Of a DNA stretch of 64,000 nt, positions 8,482 to 17,017 are shown piece after piece (within the stretch, counting starts at the first letter, position 1; every line of letters begins with the position of its first letter). Below the pieces are notes generated by a model. That model made no database searches, was not told the origin of the DNA, and worked only from the letters and a program-made list of their open reading frames with translations. This DNA is from Candidatus Parcubacteria bacterium (GTDB taxonomy: Bacteria > Patescibacteriota > Minisyncoccia > JACPXH01). The position numbers and the translations under genes were made by a program. The stretch covers positions 4,516 through 68,515 of the forward strand of contig JACPXH010000013.1 in the NCBI GenBank assembly GCA_016196625.1, given 5' to 3'.

Positions 8482-9482
8482 GAGGTAAAGAAATTTCTAA
8501 GCAGCGGGCTGTTTCCCTTGAGCAACCAGAGTAAACTCGCAATGCCGATGCCTGCAATGAGGAGATCTTTGGCGCGCACGACGAACGCAAACGCCACGCC
8601 GCGGACCGCGCCCAGGCCGAGGGCTCCAAATATTGCCGCGCCGCTCAGATCCCCAACGCCCACGTTGGCCACACCCGGGACGGCGTAGACCGCAATGAGT
8701 ATGGTTTGAATGATGACGACTTCGGTGAGGTTTGGCTGGTAGCCGAGGAAGCTCACCACGAGCCACACCTCTACAAATGTGATCGCTGAGATGAGCGAAC
8801 TCAAAAGCACCGCCCGGCCGAGCACCGACCGTTTTTCCAGGAGGTAGTCCGCGAGGATATCTTCGAAGCGGTCAATGCTGCGAGCAGTATTCTTGAGCGC
8901 TTTGAGGTTCGAGATGCGCAGCATCCGGAAAAACGGTCCAAGTACTCTCCGGCCCGCGGCCAGATGTGCTCCCACCAGGAGTATGAGGACAATCACCGCC
9001 ACGAGAGCAATAAGCAGGGTTGGGCTCTGGAAGGGTAGCGCTCCGCTGGCCGCTGCACTAGTAAGCACGATGAGCGTAAGCGTGATGTGCACTGTCCATT
9101 CGATGAGTCGATCGCTCGCGGCCGCGGCGAGGGCGAGCGGTGCACGGACGTTCTCGCGGCTCAATAGGTATGCCCGCACTCCCTCGCCCAGAAGATCGGC
9201 CAGCGGGGTCAGATACGTCATGGCGAATGCAGCCAGCCGTATTTGAAGCAAGCGCCGGAACCGCAACCGTACGTTCTGTGCTCTTAGCAGCATGCGCCAG
9301 CGCGTTACCTGCAAGGTGAGGTTAAGGAGCGAAAGCAGCACTAAAACCCCGAACTGCCAGAGGGCGACAGAACGGAGCGCGGCCCAAATCTTGTTCAGGG
9401 GAATGCGCGAGAGGGTCCCCGCGAGCAGTGTTGCTCCGACTACCAGCGCGAGAAATATGCTGAGAGTTCGCCAGCGACGCAT
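8445..9482 (-). CDS. UPF0104/lysylphosphatidylglycerol-synthase TM-domain flippase-like protein
   Basis: Multi-TM; RWRMLL, YLTP...GE..RAYLL, DR and PG..GV motifs. Confidence 0.85.
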   Translation of the reverse strand: MRRWRTLSIFLALVVGATLLAGTLSRIPLNKIWAALRSVALWQFGVLVLLSLLNLTLQVTRWRMLLRAQNVRLRFRRLLQIRLAAFAMTYLTPLADLLGEGVRAYLLSRENVRAPLALAAAASDRLIEWTVHITLTLIVLTSAAASGALPFQSPTLLIALVAVIVLILLVGAHLAAGRRVLGPFFRMLRISNLKALKNTARSIDRFEDILADYLLEKRSVLGRAVLLSSLISAITFVEVWLVVSFLGYQPNLTEVVIIQTILIAVYAVPGVANVGVGDLSGAAIFGALGLGAVRGVAFAFVVRAKDLLIAGIGIASLLWLLKGNSPLLRNFFTSWLSQKNHGSTS

Positions 9483-9494
9483 GGGGACGACAAC

Positions 9495-9935
9495 TTAGCC
9501 CTCGACGGTAATGCGGTTGGCCTGGATGATCGAACGACCGATAAGCCTGCCTCGTACGCTCACGCGCTGGCCGGCGGACAGCCTTTCAAACGCGAGTGCG
9601 CCTCCCGCCACGGAAACGATCTGGGTGGACGGGAGAATCTTCACGCCATAGGGGAGTTTGCCCGGGCCAATCCGAAGGGCAAGCATGAATTCTCCGCTAT
9701 ACACCTCTTTCACTGTACCGCGGTACAATGTTCCCACGACTTTCGTGGCTGGTTTTTTGGGTGCTGGTTTTTTAACCACGGGCTTCGCCGAGGCTTTTGG
9801 TTGGACGTTATAAGGTTGCAAAGCCTTGGTGCGAGGAGCCGAGAATGGCGCTTTTGGAGCCGTGGCTGCGAGCGCGGCCATAGCCCCGCCTAACGCGAAT
9901 GCAAGGGTAACCACAAAAATAGCGAATGTTCGCAT
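9495..9935 (-). CDS. Secreted OB-fold/DUF5666-like protein
   Basis: Signal peptide, Lys/Pro linker, L.AGQRVSVRG...IQA.RI. Confidence 0.55.
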   Translation of the reverse strand: MRTFAIFVVTLAFALGGAMAALAATAPKAPFSAPRTKALQPYNVQPKASAKPVVKKPAPKKPATKVVGTLYRGTVKEVYSGEFMLALRIGPGKLPYGVKILPSTQIVSVAGGALAFERLSAGQRVSVRGRLIGRSIIQANRITVEG

Positions 9936-10040
9936 TGATTCCAGAGTAGCAGATTCTGTGGGGCGGAACAACGATTGACAGTTTAAATGGTCTTGTGTTC
10001 TCTTCGAGGGGGCGCGCAGACCGCGCCTTATCCGCCTTCG

Positions 10041-10117
10041 TGAAACTCCACGGGCAGAGCCCGTGGTCCTCTGCGACGGCGGGCAGAAAACCGCGGGCGT
10101 AAGCCCGCGGAGCTTCA
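10041..10117. mobile_element. Non-autonomous IS200/IS605-like hairpin remnant
   Basis: CCACGGGCAGAGCCCGTGG and CCGCGGGCGTAAGCCCGCGGAGCTTCA hairpins, shared with four other copies in the window. Confidence 0.65.
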
Positions 10118-10822
10118 TTTGCTTTCTGGCCCCACGAGGCGCTTCAGATCGGCATAGGTTTTCGGCAGGTCAATGCGCCGGCCATTCACGAAAAACGCCG
10201 GCACGCTCTCGACGCCTGACTTCCGTCCGCTCCGGAGATCGTCCATGATTTTTTTGCGCACGCTCGGGTCGTTGAAGTCTTTGCGAAAGCGCTGGATATC
10301 AAGGCCGAGTTCACGGGCGTACCGTTCAAATTGGACTTCGACACGCGTCGCGCTCTTCCAGTCCGATTGGCGCTCATAGAGTATTTGATAGTAATCCCAG
10401 AACCTTTCCTGTTGGCCAGCCGCTTCGGCCGCAACCGCAGCCGAGCGGGCATTGGGGTGAATGCGATCCAATGGGAAGTGCCGGTAGATAAAGCGGAAGC
10501 GCCCGCCAAAATCTTTTTCAAGCTGATTGGTCGCTTGCCAAAAATTGCGGCAGGCCGGGCACTGGAAGTCGCTATACTCGACGACCGTAACGTGCGCCTC
10601 GGTCGGACCGCGGGTCCAGTCACGCTCGGTTGGCGCAAGCGCCAAGAGTGCGGCGGCGGTCTGCCCTGCGTTAGGCTCGATACGGGAGAGGGAAAATCGC
10701 CAGATGGCCCAAGAGATTGCGACCACAATCAAAACAATGCCCAGCCACAGGGCGTATTTCTTGGCGGATTGAGGCCATTTTCCGTTTGGAGGTTGACCGG
10801 GCATCAACCTTGAGGAAACCAA
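10115..10822 (-). CDS. DsbA-family thiol-disulfide oxidoreductase
   Basis: EYSDFQCPAC, RHFPL, GVESVPAFFVNG; N-terminal TM. Confidence 0.93.
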   Translation of the reverse strand: MVSSRLMPGQPPNGKWPQSAKKYALWLGIVLIVVAISWAIWRFSLSRIEPNAGQTAAALLALAPTERDWTRGPTEAHVTVVEYSDFQCPACRNFWQATNQLEKDFGGRFRFIYRHFPLDRIHPNARSAAVAAEAAGQQERFWDYYQILYERQSDWKSATRVEVQFERYARELGLDIQRFRKDFNDPSVRKKIMDDLRSGRKSGVESVPAFFVNGRRIDLPKTYADLKRLVGPESK

Positions 10823-10911
10823 AAACAGCCGCCGCGGTCAATCCATCACCGCTCGGGCTAAAGCCCGACCTAGTCCGACCGGACGGTCTGGGAGGCTCGC
10901 CCTTTAGGGTT

Positions 10912-11085
10912 TCAGCGCTTTCGCTTCTTGGCCTTTTTCTTTGCCTTGCGTCCGAATTCCCAAGGTTCGTTGGCCGCCTTAAAGAATCGGTCGAGCCAGC
11001 GCTTGGTTAGGTCATCGCCGTGTCTAAAGCGCGGTCCCCGCCGGACGCGCTTCTTTGGGGTGGCGGCTTTTCGGCGTGCAGCCAT
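10912..11085 (-). CDS. Small basic hypothetical protein
   Basis: 57 aa, Lys/Arg-rich; TATAAT upstream on the minus strand. Confidence 0.5.
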   Translation of the reverse strand: MAARRKAATPKKRVRRGPRFRHGDDLTKRWLDRFFKAANEPWEFGRKAKKKAKKRKR

Positions 11086-11196
11086 ATGCAAAGATCGGAT
11101 GTAAAATGAGCTAAATATAGAAAGGTATATTATACCGCAGATCGCGAAACCCCGACACAAAAATCATCCACAGGGGCTCCGTCTGCAGGGCAAGAG

Positions 11197-11766
11197 CTAC
11201 CGGTACTGTTCGTATTCGTAGACAGGCTCTGGTTCGGTGTCGGATTCGATTGCCGGTTCTGGTTCAACCTCCGCCGCGCGGCGTTTGCCCGGCATCAACC
11301 AATAGCCGTAGAGAACCGCCAACGCAAGAACGTTGGGGATGAAAATGAGGGGGTGCGACCACGAGATGCCGGCAAAACGCATATCGGAAACTGGCCAGAG
11401 GAACGGCGTCGGAAAGAATTGTTCGGAATGCGTGAAGATGTCAAAGAGAACATGCAGCCCCCACGCCGACATCTCCCAGAGCGGCCTTTTACGGATGAAC
11501 CAGACGAGGAGAAATACTGCTGCGAAGATTACCAGGCTGTGGCTCAAGTTATAGAGTTCGAGAACATACGGCGGGATAAAGCTCGGGTCAGGGTGCCCAA
11601 AAGTAAATTGGGGCCAGGGTGCAAATCCGAGAATGACCCGCGCGGACAAGAGTCCGAACGCAAAAAGATCGGGAGCCATCCCGAACAGGACCGCAAGCCA
11701 GAAACGCTTTTTATCTGTTCTGCCAAAGGCGATCCCTCCCCACAGCCCATGCGAAATGATATCCAT
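11197..11766 (-). CDS. Membrane metal-dependent hydrolase (YdjM-like)
   Basis: SHGL, PDL, SHSL, HVLFDIFTH, FLWP. Confidence 0.8.
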   Translation of the reverse strand: MDIISHGLWGGIAFGRTDKKRFWLAVLFGMAPDLFAFGLLSARVILGFAPWPQFTFGHPDPSFIPPYVLELYNLSHSLVIFAAVFLLVWFIRKRPLWEMSAWGLHVLFDIFTHSEQFFPTPFLWPVSDMRFAGISWSHPLIFIPNVLALAVLYGYWLMPGKRRAAEVEPEPAIESDTEPEPVYEYEQYR

Positions 11767-11836
11767 AGCGTGGAGTCCGGCGTTGCAGTCTATGATACAG
11801 GACGGGGGCGGTATGCCGTCAAGGAATCCTTTGATA

Positions 11837-12448
11837 CTAGAACCCCAGTGCTTCGTTGACGAGAATGATTCGCGCTCTGCCGGCTTGCCCTTCCCGGTTG
11901 ATGATAAGTAGTTTGTTGACTGAACTGCCCGCGACGCCATAGGCCCTGCGGGCCCGTTCGCTCTCAAGTGGCAGGGCATATTCGTATATGCGCTTGAGGC
12001 CTGCCGCGGTGTCTTTGACGATTTTGTTCGTGCCGGCAATCCAAACTACGTTCGCCGCACCGTAGGCGTACGCGGGCAGCTGGCTGCCCGAGGCCGACGC
12101 AATCATAACATGGCCGTCTTCGGTGACGGCATGGACGCTGCCCACCGTCCACTGGGGAGCGGCTGCGAGTTTTCGCATCTCGGCGCCCTGCGTTTGGGGG
12201 TCCAGGGCCGCAAAGCGTTTACGGATTGAGTCGTACCTCCCCGATTCGAAAAATTCTTTGTCCGCGCCGACGGCATCCAGCGTAACCGAGGTCATGGTCA
12301 TGACTTCGGCCCCGGCGGGAATCATTTCGAAAAGTTTGGCCTTGGCTTGAGCCGCGTTCTCAACGGTGTGAGCTTCAATGCCGTTGGCGGTGAGTGCGGC
12401 GGCGGTTCGGGCGGTTATGTCCTGGGAAGCAGGTTGAGTGTAATCCAT
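11837..12448 (-). CDS. LUD-domain (LutC/YkgG-like) protein
   Basis: SVHAVTEDG, ASGSQ, AGTNKIV, ILVNEALGF. Confidence 0.85.
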   Translation of the reverse strand: MDYTQPASQDITARTAAALTANGIEAHTVENAAQAKAKLFEMIPAGAEVMTMTSVTLDAVGADKEFFESGRYDSIRKRFAALDPQTQGAEMRKLAAAPQWTVGSVHAVTEDGHVMIASASGSQLPAYAYGAANVVWIAGTNKIVKDTAAGLKRIYEYALPLESERARRAYGVAGSSVNKLLIINREGQAGRARIILVNEALGF

Positions 12449-12500
12449 AGTGTTGATGTAAGATTTTCGAACGTTGTTTACCTAAAAGTACTGCCGGTCT

Positions 12501-12634
12501 TACCCCAAGCGCGCGAACTCCCGCTTCGCGAAAATCCCCAGCGAGCCCCATACAACAACTAGTTGTTGTATACGGGGCGAGGATTTTCGCTGGCCCTCGG
12601 CCCCAGATCCCGCGGAGAGCTCGCGCTTGGTGTA
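12501..12634. repeat. Nested inverted-repeat element with a central 22-bp perfect palindrome
   Basis: ATACAACAACTAGTTGTTGTAT (12550-12571) inside GCGAAAATCC/GGATTTTCGC and CCAAGCGCG/CGCGCTTGG stems. Confidence 0.75.
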
Positions 12635-12668
12635 AACAGCGCTGGGATTTCTTACAGATTTAATTTAG

Positions 12669-12962
12669 TTACCTCCGGCGGCGGCATTTCTTAATGTTCT
12701 CGGCAAACCTGGCCAGCATTTGAAGCAAGTATTCGGTGTTGAGCGAATAGAACACTTCAATTCCGCGTTTTTCGTCCGCCACCAAACTGCAGGCTTTGAG
12801 AGTTTTGAGGTGTTGGGAAACAGCCGGTTGAGACAGTTTGGCCACCCGTATGAGTTGGCTGACCGACCGCGGTCCCCGCATGAGGGCTTCCAGCATCCGG
12901 TAGCGGGCAGCGTTCTCAATGCCCCGGCCAAGCTTGCGTATTTCGTCGCAGAAGCTCTGCAT
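12669..12962 (-). CDS. ArsR/SmtB-family transcriptional regulator
   Basis: R..ML..L, SQPAVSQHLKTLK..LV..EKRG...YSL. Confidence 0.92.
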   Translation of the reverse strand: MQSFCDEIRKLGRGIENAARYRMLEALMRGPRSVSQLIRVAKLSQPAVSQHLKTLKACSLVADEKRGIEVFYSLNTEYLLQMLARFAENIKKCRRRR

Positions 12963-12970
12963 TATAAATC

Positions 12971-12998
12971 AGTATATTCGGATAAGCTTATGTGTCAA
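12971..12998 (-). promoter_or_regulatory. Sigma70 promoter of the ArsR gene with possible operator
   Basis: TTGACA-16-TATACT on the minus strand; ATAAGCTTAT palindrome in the spacer. Confidence 0.6.
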
Positions 12999-13057
12999 TG
13001 GGGATAACTTTAAACGCCCCGGGTGAAGGCCCGGGACTTTCTGTCTATGACAGCACG

Positions 13058-13810
13058 CTAAAGGTAATTCAGTAACCGGTCGTACTGAATGAAGTTGAAG
13101 AGGCGGTAGCCGTAGGCTATGAGGACATAGGTTTTTCCGGTCACGAGAAGTATGCCCAGTAAAACGAGAAAGATGCCGCCAACCACCGAGACCACGTGGA
13201 GGTAGCGCGATACTTGTGCGAGGTAGGCGCTTGCGCTGCCGATACCCAGAGCGATCGTGAGGAACGGTACGGCAAGCCCCAAAGAGAATATCGCCAACAG
13301 GAGTGCGCCCTGCCCGGCGGTCGCCGCGGTTGAAGCCAGGAACAGGATCGAACCTAAAATCGGCCCCACGCAAGGCGTCCAGCCAAAACCGAATGCCGCC
13401 CCCAACACGAGGGAGCTCATCGGTTTGCCTCGCTTAAAGAGCGCAGGCACCCGCAAGCGTCTTGCCCGGGCCAAAAAAGGAATGCGCAACACGCCCAGCA
13501 TAAAGAGTCCAAAGATGATCACGAATACGCCGGCGATGCGGGTAAGCCAGATGCGGTATGGTAAGAGTCCCCGTCCGGCAAGACCTGCGGCCGTGCCGAA
13601 GAAGATAAACACTAAACTGAACCCGAGGACGAAAAGGAGGCCATTGAGAAAAATCTTTAGCCGCAGCCGCGCTGCTTTCTCGGAGGTTTGCAAATCGTCT
13701 AGAGAGACTCCGCTGATAAAGCCAAGATATCCCGGCACTAATGGGAGCGTGCAGGGCGCCAGAAAGGTAAGGAGGCCGGCCATGAAGGCCGGGGCGAGGA
13801 GCTCCCCCAT
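13058..13810 (-). CDS. ccdA: Cytochrome c biogenesis CcdA/DsbD-type membrane protein
   Basis: FLAPCTLPLVP and GWTPCVGPILG motifs. Confidence 0.9.
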   Translation of the reverse strand: MGELLAPAFMAGLLTFLAPCTLPLVPGYLGFISGVSLDDLQTSEKAARLRLKIFLNGLLFVLGFSLVFIFFGTAAGLAGRGLLPYRIWLTRIAGVFVIIFGLFMLGVLRIPFLARARRLRVPALFKRGKPMSSLVLGAAFGFGWTPCVGPILGSILFLASTAATAGQGALLLAIFSLGLAVPFLTIALGIGSASAYLAQVSRYLHVVSVVGGIFLVLLGILLVTGKTYVLIAYGYRLFNFIQYDRLLNYL

Positions 13811-13813
13811 GCC

Positions 13814-13993
13814 TTAGGACGCGGCCGAGCTATCCGTTGGCGGGAGCCCGTACTTGATTATTTCGAGGTTGCAGCTGCGGTGTTCTCGGCACCACGCCTC
13901 GCAGCGCTGCGCGAGGTCTTCGGTCGGATACCGGAAGCCGCAGGCCTCGCAGGCAAAGAGCGTGCGATTCTGATCGGTGAGCGTTTTGACCAT
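13814..13993 (-). CDS. Small Cys-rich zinc-finger protein
   Basis: CEACGFRY...CEAWC..H.SCNLEI; packed between the helicase and ccdA. Confidence 0.7.
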   Translation of the reverse strand: MVKTLTDQNRTLFACEACGFRYPTEDLAQRCEAWCREHRSCNLEIIKYGLPPTDSSAAS

Positions 13994-13997
13994 AGAT

Positions 13998-15371
13998 TTA
14001 AGATTTACCCAACGCACCACAAGGCCATCGTCTCCTGCTCGCCTCGCTTCGCGGGCGAAGCGGGCCGGTGGATGAATGGTTGGTGCGTAGGCCTTCGGTG
14101 CGGGGTTCCGCCCCGCCACCGAAATACGAGGTGCCGCCGACTCCCGTCGGCGGGGCTCCACGGTGATGCGGATGGCCGCCAAAGCGGGTGCGGCTGACGC
14201 GGTGGATGGGGCGTTGCAGCGGGTGATGGGTGCGGGCCGGCGGGAGCTCGGGGAGCTTTGATACGGGCAGAGACTTTCGGATGAGCCGTTCAATGCTGCG
14301 AACTTCGCGCTGTTCTTCAGGCAGCACGAACGATATGGCGTGCCCCTCGGCCCCGGCCCGGGCCGTGCGGCCGATCCGGTGAACGTAGTCTTCTGAATGC
14401 GCCGGCAAGTCGTAGTTGAGCACGAGTTCAATCCCCTGTACGTCAATGCCGCGCGCCGCAATGTCGGTAGCCACAAGCACCCGGTATTTACCCGACTTAA
14501 ACCCGTCCAGCGCATCGCGCCGCTGCCCGAGCGAGCGGTTGGAGTGAATTTCGGCCGCGCTGTGGCTCATGGCGCGTACAGCCTTGGTCACGCGTTTGGC
14601 GCCGTATTTCGTACGGGTGAATACCAGCGCCGACCCGGTGTGTTCCGTGAGGATAATCTCGAGCAGGCGGTTTTTCGCTTCGCGCTTTACGATGAAGAGC
14701 TCTTGAGTCACGCGTTCAACCGTGGTGCCGGAAGGTGCGATTTCAATGCGAACGGGGAGTTTCATGTTGGCCGTTGCGACCCTCATGATTGCCGGCGAGA
14801 GCGTGGCCGAAAACAACATGGTCTGGCGATCTTTGGGAACGGCCTGGAGGATTTTTTGGACTTGCGGCAGAAACCCCATGTCGAGCATGCGGTCGGCTTC
14901 GTCGAGGACGAGCATATGGACGTTTCCGAGCGTTACCGTTTTCTGATTCAGGTGGTCAATCAACCGGCCGGGGGTGGCAACGATAATGTGGGGGTTCTTC
15001 CCAATCGCTTGGATCTGCGGCTTCATGGAAGCGCCGCCGATTAAAACCGCTGTGCGCAGCCCGAGTGAGCGGCCGACCGCGTGAAGCATCTCATCAACTT
15101 GGAGCGCCAGTTCTCGCGTGGGCACCAGAACAAGGCCTCGCCCTTTGGTTCGGGCGAGGATTTGAATCATGGGGATACCGAAGGCGAGAGTCTTGCCGGT
15201 TCCAGTTTGCGCCACGCCCACAACGTCTTTGCCCTGCATGGCAATCGGAATCGCTTGACGCTGAATCGGGGTCGGGGTCGCATAGCGGAGCTGTGCGAGA
15301 ATCTCAAGAATTCCCGGCGCGATGCCAAGACCGTAGAAACCAGAAGCGGGTGGTTGGACTGGTTGCCTCAT
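13998..15371 (-). CDS. DEAD-box RNA helicase (RhlE-like)
   Basis: AQTGTGKT, PTRELA, TPGR, DEAD, SAT, ARGID, HRIGRTAR. Confidence 0.97.
   Translation of the reverse strand: MRQPVQPPASGFYGLGIAPGILEILAQLRYATPTPIQRQAIPIAMQGKDVVGVAQTGTGKTLAFGIPMIQILARTKGRGLVLVPTRELALQVDEMLHAVGRSLGLRTAVLIGGASMKPQIQAIGKNPHIIVATPGRLIDHLNQKTVTLGNVHMLVLDEADRMLDMGFLPQVQKILQAVPKDRQTMLFSATLSPAIMRVATANMKLPVRIEIAPSGTTVERVTQELFIVKREAKNRLLEIILTEHTGSALVFTRTKYGAKRVTKAVRAMSHSAAEIHSNRSLGQRRDALDGFKSGKYRVLVATDIAARGIDVQGIELVLNYDLPAHSEDYVHRIGRTARAGAEGHAISFVLPEEQREVRSIERLIRKSLPVSKLPELPPARTHHPLQRPIHRVSRTRFGGHPHHRGAPPTGVGGTSYFGGGAEPRTEGLRTNHSSTGPLRPRSEASRRRWPCGALGKS
14005..14161. repeat. Copy of a 130-bp repeat also at 40599-40728, here with a 27-bp insert
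   Basis: Near-identical text TTACCCAACGCACC...GTCGGCGGGGCTCCAC at both sites. Confidence 0.9.
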
Positions 15372-15796
15372 GGAATCATCGGGGCCGATTGGTCTGCGAT
15401 TATCGGGAGCATCACGAGAACCTCTGTGTGGCGTTTGTAAAATTCCACGCACGGCCTCGCGGGATCTCGCTTACAACTTCGGGCAAGCTCGTCGAACGCG
15501 GGGCCAACCTGACGAACGATATCCCGATAGTCCCCCACAATCGTGGTATACGCATACGCTCCGCCCTGGATGACTCCGCGATCCATGCTTTGAGTTGAAT
15601 CTTGGTTCGTTTCGCTTAGCGCCACACAGGCGCGGTATTCATTCTTACTTTCGTCAAAAACTCCGTAAAATTTGTTTCCCTTGAGCGGCACTCTTTGCTC
15701 AAGCTCCCAGAAGGCCTGTCCTGCAACGACTGCAGGATGGCCCCTTTTTTGTACATACGCTATCGGGATATCTTCGATCGTTTTGACTTGAAACAT
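15368..15796 (-). CDS. GyrI-like small-molecule-binding protein
   Basis: AF.ELE, FYG, YRACV, IQGGAYA, RPCVEFY; ATGA overlap with the helicase. Confidence 0.75.
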   Translation of the reverse strand: MFQVKTIEDIPIAYVQKRGHPAVVAGQAFWELEQRVPLKGNKFYGVFDESKNEYRACVALSETNQDSTQSMDRGVIQGGAYAYTTIVGDYRDIVRQVGPAFDELARSCKRDPARPCVEFYKRHTEVLVMLPIIADQSAPMIP

Positions 15797-15982
15797 GGCT
15801 GTCCCTCCTGAACAAAATCCGACCTGCCCTCCGAAACTTTAGTGAAGGAGGGACTTTTTATCAAAAGAATCCTGACGACTGACCTCCTCGTTGCGCTCGG
15901 CGGAAAGCCCGGGCTGGAACCTGCCAAGGTAAGAGCGTCCCTCGACTTTGCTTCGGGTTAAGCCTAGAACCTCGTCTGATGT

Positions 15983-16213
15983 CTATTTTTCGTGATGTGT
16001 AGTATGCCAGTCCATAAATCTCTTGCGGTGTTTATCGATGGACCAGCCATCCCCGCTTTTAAAAAGCGGCCGGTAAGCCATCTGGAATTCTCGCAAAGCT
16101 TTTCCTGAAGCGCGAGGGAATCCGACGGGCAGGGTTTTGTTATAGACTTCAGCAAAGCTCGCAAGCGAGGTCAATGCTTTGTTTGCTTCTTGTTTTAAGT
16201 CTCGTCGTATCAT
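15983..16213 (-). CDS. Hypothetical protein
   Basis: 76-aa ORF containing YNKTLP..FP.A and WSIDKHRKRFMDW. Confidence 0.65.
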   Translation of the reverse strand: MIRRDLKQEANKALTSLASFAEVYNKTLPVGFPRASGKALREFQMAYRPLFKSGDGWSIDKHRKRFMDWHTTHHEK

Positions 16214-16242
16214 AGGATTTTAGTGTAGCATATTTGATATGG

Positions 16243-16276
16243 AAAAACCACTCCGGCGTACGCCGGAGTGGTTTTT
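16243..16276. terminator. Intrinsic terminator after the cold-shock gene
   Basis: AAAAACCACTCCGGCGTACGCCGGAGTGGTTTTT perfect hairpin with A/T tails. Confidence 0.85.
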
Positions 16277-16291
16277 GATTGAATCGGCGCC

Positions 16292-16486
16292 CTAGACGCG
16301 CTTCACATGTTTTGCGGCTGGGCCTTTTTCACCTTCAACAACTTCAAAGCTGACGGCATCGCCAACCTTGAGTTCGTCGTAAGTGACGCCTTCCAAATCC
16401 GTGGAGTGGAAGAAAAGATCCTTGGCCTCGCCTTCGCGAGCGATGAATCCGAATCCGTTCTTTAGCGTTTTAATGGTTCCTTGCAT
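16292..16486 (-). CDS. Cold-shock protein (CspA family)
   Basis: GFGFI (RNP1), DLFFH (RNP2), GEKGPAA. Confidence 0.95.
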   Translation of the reverse strand: MQGTIKTLKNGFGFIAREGEAKDLFFHSTDLEGVTYDELKVGDAVSFEVVEGEKGPAAKHVKRV

Positions 16487-16580
16487 AACTTCTTAATATT
16501 CCCAAGATTAAAGAGATCCGACCATATCTCTTATTACTAAGTATATCTTACATTCAATCTCAAGTGAAGTCTAGGCCCCC

Positions 16581-16745
16581 TTACCGGCGCCTCGCTTTCG
16601 TGCGCCCCGATTCGTTCAAATGTTGCCTACGCAACTGAAGGCTCTTCGGAGTAATTCCCAAATACTCATCCTCGGCCATGACTTCAAGTCCGCCTTCAAT
16701 ACTAAGTTCAAAGGGCGGCACAAGATCAATCGCTTCATCCGATTT
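16581..16745 (-). pseudogene. typA: C-terminal remnant of GTPase TypA/BipA
   Basis: Manual translation KSDEAIDLVPPFELSIEGGLEVMAEDEYLGITPKSLQLRRQHLNESGRTKARRR* resembles the TypA C-terminus; in-frame stop shortly upstream. Confidence 0.75.
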
Positions 16746-16924
16746 TAAAACCTTCCGCGTGCCAGATCCTCACCGAGGCGACCTTTCCGATTCATATTTT
16801 GTGCACTTCCTCATCCTTAAAGGATTCGTCAGCGCCTCCTTCTTTTTTATTTTAGTGGGCCGAAGGCCTCATCGAGCCTGAAGATCTCAGGGCCGAATGG
16901 CCTGATGAGCGAAGCGAAGAAGGG

Positions 16925-16995
16925 CTGCGGGGGAAGGAGTCGAACCTTCATACCGGGATTCAAAGTCCCGTGTCCTACCGTTAGACGACCCCGCA
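16925..16995 (-). tRNA. tRNA-Gln (UUG)
   Basis: TGCGGGG acceptor stem, anticodon arm CGGGA-CT-TTG-AA-TCCCG, GGTTCGACTCC T-arm; CCA not encoded. Confidence 0.95.
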
Positions 16996-17017
16996 ATGTG
17001 AGTACAGTACGTCCAGT

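Noticed and set aside
9936-10118. N-terminal ORF extensions in the track (also 31877-31999, 33795-33821, 60944-60964, 25904-26044)
   Set aside because: They run through repeats or neighbouring genes; downstream ATGs fit the protein families better.
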